Origin: Auanema rhodensis
Taxonomy: Eukaryota; Animalia; Nematoda
Assembly: GCA_964057225.1 (NCBI GenBank)
Contig: OZ059895.1
Location: 16,182,001-16,246,000 of the forward strand
Direction: 5' to 3'
DNA length: 64,000 nt
Shown here: in pieces, positions 53,301 through 64,000 of the stretch
Layout of the letters: every line of letters begins with the position of its first letter
How positions within the stretch are numbered: position 1 is the first letter of the stretch
Position numbers and translations under genes: made by a program
Notes under the pieces: model-generated
Seen by the model: the letters and a program-made list of their open reading frames with translations, nothing else
What the model was told of the DNA's origin: nothing
Database searches by the model: none

Positions 53301-56300
53301 AAAAGGGGGGTATAGCACCGCAGTTTGAGATCAATTCGTGTCTGAGATTGAAGAGAATGGCAAAGACCAAAAAAAGGAAGAAAAAATTGAAAAAAAATTT
53401 TTCGAAAGAAGATTAAAGAGAAACAAAATTCGTTGAAAAAGGATATCCAACTTTGATCAAAACTCAAAAATATGTTTACAAAACCTTTTTTTACATCCTA
53501 ACTATACAGCTTAAAAGCTATACGATTGATGGGAATAATTAATTTAATAAAAACAATAAAGATAATTTTAATAAAAATTCAAAAAAAAGAGAAAAAGAGA
53601 ATGAAATCATAAAGCGTTTGGCTATTGATAAGTTGGATAAGTTGAAGCTCAAGCTGCTGGTAGATAATGAAGAATGAGGGCATTTCTTTAGTAGAAATGG
53701 AAAATAAATATTTTCTGTGTCATAAGCTTAAAAATTACATCTAACTTCTAACGTTAGTGCAAAAGATGAGGCAACAGCTTAAGCTAGTAAAATGGCGTGA
53801 GAATAGAGGGCGTGGTTTACATACTAACAAAGGGGTTAAACTTTTGTGCTTCACTCTTTGAATGGGATATAGAGTGTGGAAGAAGATGAGTATAAGCTTA
53901 GCATCATCAGCACACCGTTTCCCAGATCGTTTGGCAACGTTTCAAGAGTCTTCACATTCATATTTGAAGGACTATCTTAAAAACTTCAAAGGTTAATATA
54001 AAAGTTTTTAGGTTGCAGCATGCTTCCGCTAACTGTTACTGCTGACCATAAACGAGGTTAAAATCGAAAAAAAGTCAGTCAAAAGGTTTTTAATATAAAT
54101 AAATAAATAAATAGAAAAAAAAAGTATTGATTAATAGAATGTTTTGTTTATTTTGTTTTTCTAAGTTTCATTTTACGTAAGGTTGTAACAGGCTGCTTTG
54201 CTCATCATGCTCTGCTGACAAGCTATTCAATATGCTAATTATGCAGAAAATTATTTTGCTTTTCAATTTGATGCGAAGCGGTTGCATTCAACAGCCATAG
54301 ACACAATCTCGAATAAAAAAAATATTTGTTTTCTTTTTGAATATAAAAAATTAGAAAGAAAGACATATAACTCATGAGAATATATAGTAAACTCTATCTT
54401 CTAATTATGAAAATTATAAAACTTGAAAGAACAATCTTCTAGTTTCTACAGATAATACATGAATATGTGAGCGGATGTTCCTTGAGAGAAGATGCGAAAG
54501 AGCAACGGAATGCTGGAATAGAACGGCTTTTCAGGACCATGGCCGTCAGAAGCGGGCTGCAGGGAAAAGGCAATTGGGAAAGGAATATGTCAAGAGATGT
54601 CCGGCTAAAGTGATGATGAAGCTTGTAGATGGTACACACACACAAATCTCGAAACAAATGCAGTGTCTGCCATATGGAGTGTAGGGGACGGACGGAGCTG
54701 CTGTGGCTGGTTATGCTTCTTAAGATACAAATGATAATATATGATTTTCGTTCCATCTTTCTACATATGGACGAAGGAATGATTGCTTTTACTAGGGACC
54801 GCTGCTACTGCTGCTGCTGCTGATGCTGCTGCTGTTGCAACTGCTACATGGACTAGGATGTTCAAGAGACAACATGTATATACAAATCGTTGTAGTCAGT
54901 TCACATCATGATGAACTAAATCGTTCTTTTGCATGTCTTTTACTCTCCGTTCGTTATATTCTTTCTGTTTTTCTTTCTTTTTTCCTTCTCTTGCATCTGA
55001 ACTCAACTTTGTGCTCTGCTGTTATAATAATGTTATAAGCGAGAGCTGAGAATAGATCCCTCGAGACTATGAACTTATAGCCGAATGTGTACGAGGTCCA
55101 GTTTCGAGACTATCTGATTGTTCTATACTTCTTCTTCATCTTCTTCATCTCCTGCTTCCACGTTAGCTCTCGTATTCTCTTTATATTGCCTGTCAATGAT
55201 ATCCATGTTTTATGACTTATAAGGAATCATTGTTATAGCTTTGATATGGAGCAGAGTTCACATATGAAAGGAACTCAAACAGCTCTTTCTCTAGAACATC
55301 ACTTCCTCTTCTTCAGTGTACATTCCTCCTGTTTCTCCTCCTTCCATTTTCACTCTTTTATCTCTTCTCCTTCAAATATTTCATGCTTATGTGAAGATTA
55401 TTGTTACTGTAATAAAGATAGATAAATCATATTAAGAACAGGCATATCATACACACATGATCTTCCAAAGTTTAAGCTTAAAGCCTATTCAAATAGCATT
55501 ATCAACTTTATATTCAAACTTATTAAGCAGATGAGTATCTGGAGCTGATTCTGATATGTTATGTCATGCATTCGATGAAAAACTCGCATTTCACTTTATA
55601 CACTATCATGCTTGACTGAATATCATAGATCATCTTCTCTAACTGCTATGCATAATCAAACTTATTTTTTAAATTTTAGATTCTCAATACTAAGAATATG
55701 AATAATGAATGTTAAAGTTAATGAATGAACTGATATTTATAGGTAATTCTCGAAGATCTTTTCAAATGGAAAGGAGGAAATATGCTTTTCCAGGAAAACT
55801 TTATCTTCCAGCTTCATCTAGATTTATCCCAAAAGCCGATAGCTTGTCGAAAATAAAATAAAACATTTGATTGAAATACAGATGTTTCAGATGCAAAAAA
55901 AGAAGAAACAGAGAAGTTATAGCACAAGTTGTAGTAGAGGGTGTCAAGAAAACACATCGAATGTTTGTTTTTTCCACTTTTAACTAAATTCAAGTTTTAT
56001 ATATTAACATGATTACCATACATATATATATATACTATGCTATTTATATATAAAGTTTATTATATAGTTTAGATTTCGGTTGTCGTAATTCTTCGACAAC
56101 TTCATGTCCCGTCGTCTGTCCTCTTTGAAGTATATTTCAGTTGAAATTGTCTGAGAGACATTCCTAATCCTTCATGGCTATTTGAATAAATAAATCATTT
56201 TACTTCACCAAAAAGAGTTTTTCAAATTGAAAAAATTAAAGAAAAACATTGTAAAACCTTAATTCTTTAACCTGAAAGGTGGACACATATATATAGAGAG

Positions 56301-56749
56301 AGAGATAGAAGAGATCCTGTGAACTTCCTCTCTCTCTCTCTCCTTCTATCTTTCAGCTCACATGGATTCTTCAAAATTGAAAAATAGCGAAAACTATGTG
56401 CTTTCTTACAAAAAAAAAGGAAAACTCTTGCAAAAGTTCCACTTGAATCTCTGGAAATTAAATATTTTGCATTTTAAAAGTTTTTTTTTTCTTTTTTTTT
56501 TTCATTTTATCCGAAATAATTAATAGCTAAGTACAGAGAGACGCTGATTGTAGTTGTAGATGAAATAATGAAGGAAGGAATAAAGGAAAAAGCCATATTA
56601 ACTACTTGAAATATTTGAACAAGGTCGAATGTCATGCAATTCTTTCTCTTCTTTTTCCACTATTTCATGAAACTTTTCTCATCAAGACAAGAAAAAGATA
56701 AGGATTCATTCTCCTATTCCGTCGTATACTTACCCTCATACTCTCTCTC

Positions 56750-56809
<60 letters not shown>

Positions 56810-57272
56810 TCTTTCTCTTACTGTGTCCAGCCTCTTCCTCTCCCTCAATCTTTTTCTTTGATTTATCCAATCTCTTTTACTCTTTGTAGGGGTTCATATC
56901 TTCCAAAAAAAAAAAGAAAGAAAAGCCCTTTTCCTCATATATCGTTTTCTCCTCTTTTTCATGTACAAAGAAGCAAAAGTTCAACATATTTTCCAGAATA
57001 AATGATGAAATCATCTATGTCTATATGGAAGAAAAGTTTTTTTTTGAAGAAAATATTTCCATTTCTTGACAAACCTCCACTAAGATAATCGGTTAAGAAT
57101 AATAGATGAAGTGTTTTTTTACTGCAAAAAGAAGAAATTCGTATAAAAAAATTAAAGACTTAGAATCTGTCATCCATATAATGACCGTCATTATCAACGG
57201 AATGCCCATAAATTACGATAAAAAAAAAGAAAAAAAGGTTTGAAATTCAGTTAAAGTCTCTCTCCTTCTTGG

Positions 57273-57318
<46 letters not shown>

Positions 57319-57342
57319 CTTTATTTGCCCTCTTACTCTTTT

Positions 57343-57396
<54 letters not shown>

Positions 57397-57952
57397 ATCT
57401 CAAAAATAATGATCACATGATCTAAATGATTAAATGTGCTATGGTAAAATATCAAATTAATCGAAAAGTATACCCTTAAATCGATGCTATTTACCTAAAC
57501 TTTGATAAAACTTTAATTAATAAGAATGATTTTCAAATAATTAGATGAATAATAGCTTTTCATTGAGAAAATTCTCTTTGATTGAAGTCAAAATTTGAAG
57601 AAAAAACATTGCTTAAAGTAATGATTTTTCAACAAAAAAAACTTTAAAAGATGTCCTTTTGATTTTGTTTTTGTCGTTTTTACTTCATTCTTATCCGAAT
57701 GTTATGTCTTTGTTTACCTTACATCTCACATACATCCTGAGAGTAATATCTTTAAGATATCTGAGATTTACTCATTGATTATGCTTGTTTCAAGTTTCTT
57801 TTAGGTGCCAAGGGGGGATTTGAACATTTAAAATTGGAAAATGCTCTGGATTTTACACAAAACAACAACAACAACAACTTGAAAAACATACCTGCTATAT
57901 AAAGATGGCTAACAATCATTAATATACAGAAGAAACAACAATCTATTAACAT
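50377..57952 (-). CDS. acr-19: Nicotinic acetylcholine receptor alpha subunit, ACR-16 group (most like ACR-19)
   Basis: Signal-peptide exon 57892-57952, ~5 kb intron 1, [18 protein letters not shown], Cys-loop [15 protein letters not shown], loop [11 protein letters not shown]2 [26 protein letters not shown]; subunit name from recalled sequence. Confidence 0.8.
56741..57392. repeat. Three (TC)n tracts in nAChR intron 1
   Basis: Tracts at ~56741-56817, 57274-57318 and 57348-57392. Confidence 0.9.
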
Positions 57953-58485
57953 TTATCTGAAAAAAACAAGTTATATACTAATGCTAGAAGGAACAAAAAT
58001 AAAATTAAGGATATAGGAGGAGCAGCCAAATTGAATTGTTGGTGATCAGGTTGATGAGTTGAGATGGAATTATGAAATTCTTTCATATTTCTATATCAAT
58101 TCATCATAATGTTCTTCTCTTTTCATCATTAATAGTGAATTGAAATTAGCTGAAAATAGTAGCCGCCATGTGTGTGGAGGGGGTCGTCGTGGTGTTATGG
58201 CTATGATGTGAGGGTGGAATTAGACAGATGATGTGCCAAGAAGACGCAAATTTGCTTAAGGATGATCTTTCAAGCTTGGAATATGGACCTCAAGCCATGA
58301 ATAGACATTATTTTGCCTCAGGGAATAATCATTTTCACTAAAGTAGAAATAAAGAAAAAAAAGTCCGAAAATGATGGCAGGAAACTGAGAGAAGAAGAAA
58401 AAAGTTCTGCATACACTGTCAAATTAGGAGCAGAGAAAGCGTGAACGAACATGATGAAGAAAATATAGAAAAAAGGAACATAGAA

Positions 58486-58523
<38 letters not shown>

Positions 58524-58524
58524 G

Positions 58525-58565
<41 letters not shown>

Positions 58566-59408
58566 GGAGAAAGAGGGAGAGATAATTGAACAACCAATTC
58601 ATACGCCTTCACTAATATAAATGACTTTAGCTCATACAAGGACACGTGAGCCAGAATATGATCCTTCATTTTTTTAAGCTCACACACGCCTTAGGATGGG
58701 AATCTATAACATCAGAATCATCAGTTTTATAGAACGAAGAAGGAAAAATATGTACAACAAGGGTATTCAGAATGCTTCATCAGATGCTTTATCAGAGCAA
58801 AATCTTGAATAGCCATAGAGGAATACAGAAGATGTCAGTGAGCATTAAAGAAACAAAAGAAGAAAAAAAACTTTTAATGAAATGTCTTTGAGTGATGGAG
58901 AAGGAAGAAAAAGAAAGAGAAGAAGGATAAAGTATGGACGAGATGGAAGAGTTTTCGTTTAAAAAAATAAATCTGCACTTAACTAAAGAAAGAGAAACAA
59001 CCCCAAAGCTTCGTTGGTGTTCTCAACTATAAGTAGCTTTTCTTTTGTTTCAAAAATCATAAAATGAGGCTCTCTCTCCCTCCTTCTCTCTCCCTCTCTC
59101 TCTCTCTATGCTAAAAACATTCAAAGATTTCAAGAATAAACAGAATAGAGAACAATTCAGAATCTTTAATGAAAAACGTAAAATAGTAATAATGAGAAAG
59201 AAAAAAAAAGAAAAATTATTGTATGAAATTAAAATTTTCATAAAAAACTTTGAAAGTCATTCTATTGGATAAGCTTACATGTTAACGTTATCGAATGAAT
59301 TAAAGTTTGAAAGTCATTTCATCATGAATGAAACACTTTGCAACATGACTGAGGACAACAATCAAATTCGAAATAGTTCATAATTGAGGAAAAAGGAATA
59401 AGAGTGAT

Positions 59409-59443
<35 letters not shown>

Positions 59444-60309
59444 TGGGGATGAGTGGAGAGGGAATGTTTAAGAGCTGAATAGATCATGGGTAGAAAGAGA
59501 GAATAAGGACAGGGACAAATGAGAGATCATCTGAAGCAGAGTTACCGGGTGTCCGTTTTCAAATTCTGAAAACTTTTCAGCAAATATGCCAAATAGCCTG
59601 AAAATCGCCAAGCGTATTAAGCTTGGGCTGTCTTAATAAAAATCCACTGAAAGATATTAATTTTTGGATTAAATGGACATTTTTGATGATGAAAGTTCAA
59701 ATATCGTACTATATATCTCTATATATGTAAGTGTCTTCTATATACTATATGTATAGTTAGTTTAATTTAAATATAAACTGACTTATATAAAAGGAAATAG
59801 CATACATAGACAATGAACTATATGATCCATTCACGGATTATGTGTAATATGCAACATCATCAATGAAATATCGAAATAGAACCTTTCACAAGCTGGCGAT
59901 GTGCCGAGCTCAAGGAAGCTGTCACCAACTGGGATATTCCGAAAAAAGAATGAAAGATTCAACAGATGAAGTATGAAGTATGAAGTCTGCTACAAGCAAG
60001 GTACACAGAACATCTCGTCTATGCTCTACCATACACTTTAACTAGAAGGATGAGGAGAATGGGAAGTTTGTGGAGATGCTTCAAGTACAAGCATTGCACT
60101 TGAACATGCGGAAATAGAGTCATACATTGAAGTTGAATGTATTACTTGTCATCGTTAAAACCTTTTTTGTCACTACATCTTGTCAGGGGTATCTAAGAGA
60201 CGAATGAGATGTAACATGTTAAATATGAAAATTAATACATCTACATATTGTACATTGAGCAAGTGAAAAATCTACTTTTTATATTCTCTAATAAGCTTTA
60301 TATGAAGTG

Positions 60310-60360
<51 letters not shown>

Positions 60361-60952
60361 GGGGCGGGAGAGAAAAGGGGGGTTGTATGACTCTATTAAG
60401 CATCAAACATTAGGAATGTAATAACCTTAAAACTATATTCTTGAAAAGGCAACTGACGGTTACTAGTTAGCATACCCGTACACATAACTCATTAGATATT
60501 CCACGTAAACCGTCTGTTTCACGTGATACTTATTACATTTCTTGATTTTTCATTGCAATGAGCGGTTGTGTTACCTGATTGTTATGCAGCTTCATGTTTC
60601 ATGTTGCCAAAAATAATTGAAAATGCTTTAAAGCTTTATTGCAACCTTCCAACTTGAGTCCAATTAGTTTGAAATACGGAAATGCATCATGCTATTTATT
60701 GTTGTAAGTTATCCAAATTTTTTGGAAAAATAAAAAAGAAGAATCCAAACTTGGAATTTTTCTCTCTAAGCCCAGCCTTTCATGTCAGTTTGGCTTTAGT
60801 TGAGCGTTCAGTTTGAAATCAAAAGGATTAATATGAATTGAAACCTGAGCTTCTGTTCATAGCATACCATCATTAGTAAAAGATGGGTATATAAGTTATT
60901 CCATAATACATATGGTTAAACCACAAGAAGTACATTTCAAAGATGTGTGGCA

Positions 60953-61070
<118 letters not shown>

Positions 61071-61959
61071 ACTCTCCTTGAATCTCTGCATGTTCATGTT
61101 TACTACAGCTATCTTCGTCTTCAATCTACGGAAATATCTTCTATGGAACTTGACTCCCGAGAGATTCTACAACTAATTCTGGTCATCTACACAACACATC
61201 TATACCGTTGTATGTTTTGTTTTTTCCGTCTTCCACTCTTCTTCAAACACATATTGAGTTAATGTGTGTTGTCTGGAGTCACATGTGCATTACTTTGTAT
61301 CACAATAGTCGATGACAAACTTATAAAGGAAGACCATATCTTACTGATAACTTATGTTGACACATTTCCAGACATATAGATATCATATTTATATAAAAAC
61401 ACATATGTATATAATTTGAATAATCTTACTAGAAACGTAGAAATAGTCTCAGATTTCTCTTCATAATATCACACGACCGCTTACTCTGAATCAGCAACGA
61501 ATGTACAGACAGAACTTGAGAATTATCGTCGTCGTCGTCGTCGTCGTAGACAACGTCTTCATCATAATTGAAGAAGAAGAAGTAGAATATTGAGAAAAAA
61601 CCTTTTTCTTGTTTATATTCACTAAATTCATTTATAATCAATCATCTATGACTTAGGTAATTAATCTTCGCGATGAAATTGTTCTACAAGATAAGTTAGT
61701 TGTTTCTCATCTTCTAACAGCCAACCGCCCACCGCTAACCTATTCCTTAGCTCCGCCCATATAGGTGACAAACTCAGCCTGAGGAAGAGACATGTCAAAC
61801 AAAAATTAGTAGACACGTTGACGTCGAGACATTGCCAAACAAAACTTTTTTGAACATGAAGCATATACCTATTAGAATTTCTTGTTATAAGTAGCTGATA
61901 TTCAATTGAACTGAACGTAAGAGAAATACTATATTTCTATTAGTGCTATACTCTCCTTC

Positions 61960-62012
<53 letters not shown>

Positions 62013-62223
62013 TTTTTTTCTCTTAATCTTATTTTGTTTTAAATGTTTGATATGCATTTATCTGTAATTTAACATCTATTAAATGCAGAAAAACTGTCAA
62101 ATCGTGTTTCTTCTCCTAATTTTTCTAATCTAATTTGTCTATGTCTAATAAACTATTTTCTGAGATTCATTTTGCTTTTAAAGATTAATACTCTTATCTG
62201 GAATTTGCTGGTGGTGACTGCAT

Positions 62224-62795
62224 ATGGGATCAATGGTAGCTAATCAGAAAACAGTTTATGAAGAAGATCCATTTCTTCGTCACTTCTCTACACCTTGTAA
62301 TGTACGGTAAGTATACATCCAGATCTTGATGATATATATATGAAAAACTTGAAACATTAATTCAGATATACACTGTATGAGCATGCTCATTTAGCAGAAC
62401 GACAAACTCATTTTCAACGAGATCTAGAACAACGCAAAATTCCAATAGTAAGTTGTAAAAGGTTTTTGATGTGTTTGTTAAAATATTGATATGATCATAT
62501 GACTCATTGCTATACATTGACATTGTACTCGTGATCATCAAGCTATAATCACTATTGTATGTAGCATGATGTGAAGAATTGGATCATGAGATCGTTCAGC
62601 AGTTGAAAGAGTGAGAGAGTGTGAGAATGCGGGGGATGAGAAGTATGAAATGCTTATTATGGTAATGATAAGATAGCGAAGCCAAATATATATATATATA
62701 TATGTTATATATTATATATATATAGTATATTAAAAGGAAGGCATTCGTATATGAAAGCATAAAGCTCTGGTTACTTTACCTCTTCTTTCAACTTT

Positions 62796-62866
<71 letters not shown>

Positions 62867-63854
62867 GAGAGAGGTGGGGGGAGGGAGAGCGAAAGCGAGA
62901 GGCAGGAAGGACTACTCAATCTATTGTATGATAAGTTTTGTTACTTAGTTTCTCAACAATTTCTACTTTTCTTTGAATTGGAGAAAACTTTCCAGAAATC
63001 TCAAAAGACATTCATCCCATTTTTCAAAAAAAAAAACAAATTAGCATATCCCTAATAAGTATTTGATACATCTTATCGTCAAAATCACTGATGTCCTTCT
63101 TGTTTTTTCCATAATCTGGTTGGCATCTTCTATCTAACTTGTCCAGAAAATGAGCGACCCAAAAGGTAGAGACGGTCATAAAGAAATTGGAGAGTAAGGA
63201 GAGATGAGGTCGATTACCGTCTCATCTTCTTTCTTATTTCTCCTTGCTGTTACCTAGTCTGCTCGACAGCAACTTCTTATGACGGTTGTCATCTGGTCAG
63301 TCTTCTCGCTTGCCGCAAAAGATCTTATCCATCTGATGCTTGACACGACAACTAACCAACCGATGCGACAACATCGATTTTGGGTTCTTTTGCGGAACAA
63401 TACTTGATTTCTGGTACTAGGCTTTCCTCCATTTTTCGTTTATTTGTGATTCAAAAATCAGGGAAAACGACTGACAGATTGACAGTGAAAACTCCATTTC
63501 CAGACATTTGTAGAGAAGGGTATAAGCACATACATCACATGGGATCATCAAACTCAAATTGAAAATGATACTGTAAGCTTATTTAATAATTCATTTGATG
63601 CAAGTTAACTTGTCTTATCTTCAGGTGACGATTGATTCAGCTCCCTTCCTTCTGAGTGGAGTTAAAGTTAAAGCCGAAGGTAACATGAGCACAACAACCT
63701 TAACCGGCACATTGAAACTGACTTTATGTGAAAATGAAGGTAAACCAAGCGTTTTGAACAGCCTAACTTCTCTCAACCTGTTTCAGAACCGCAAGAACAT
63801 TGTATGACTGAAGAACAGTTGAACTATCTTCGCCGTCATGGTTTTCCGCTCTAA
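62224..63854 (+). CDS. bro-1: Core-binding factor beta (Runx partner, Brother)
   Basis: Exons 62224-62306, 62366-62447, 63504-63572, 63625-63739, 63787-63854 give MVANQKTVYEEDPFLRHFSTPCNVRYT..ERQTHFQRDLEQRKIPITFVEKG..APFLLSGVKVKAEGNM, aligning with recalled CBFB VVPDQRSKFENEEFFRKLSRECEIKYT..ERQARFQ..IAFVATG..APMILNGVCVIWKGWI. Confidence 0.85.
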
Positions 63855-64000
63855 GAGTATAGGCTTCATTCAGCCGGTCGATCCACATAAGTCTTCTCTG
63901 AGTGTTACGGGTTAATATTCCATCATACAAAGTTTTTTTATTCAAAAAAATAGTTCAAACATAATCATTTTCTCTGCTTTTCTGCTTCTCTATGTTTCTC

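Noticed and set aside
63258-63413. Exon with in-frame TGA read-through (..RNNT*FL)
   Set aside because: The CBF-beta alignment is complete without it, and other donors avoid the stop
63763-63945. - strand 60-aa ORF with a PH-like WIDRL helix
   Set aside because: Overlaps the well-supported last bro-1 exon on the + strand, and no in-frame continuation was found

Overview
AT-rich, intron-dense eukaryotic DNA (many ~45-55 nt introns, trans-splice-type acceptors directly before ATGs, C. elegans-like U1 and tRNA sequences), most consistent with a rhabditid (clade V) nematode; the species cannot be determined. Genes were reconstructed by manual splicing and identified from recalled protein families, not database searches. 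Left to right: 3' end of WDR47/nmtn-1, two double-domain C-type lectins flanking an SLC17 transporter, a small + strand U1-tRNA(Asp)-tRNA(Ser)-U1 cluster, three Srt chemoreceptor genes plus one pseudogene, an ~8.4 kb - strand tandem array of 13 U1 snRNA genes interleaved with 6 tRNA-Asp/tRNA-Ser pairs and 7 degenerate tRNA-Ser copies (733+581 bp higher-order repeat), an M14 carboxypeptidase, a probable operon CTNNBL1 > chk-2 > SANT protein resembling SNAPC2, marc-6, a probable operon exoc-7 > NUDT19, an ACR-16-group nAChR alpha subunit (acr-19-like) and CBF-beta (bro-1). The most notable items are the mixed Pol II/Pol III U1-tRNA array with its inverted satellite cluster, and a SNAPC2-like gene (candidate snRNA-promoter factor) about 4.4 kb from it.
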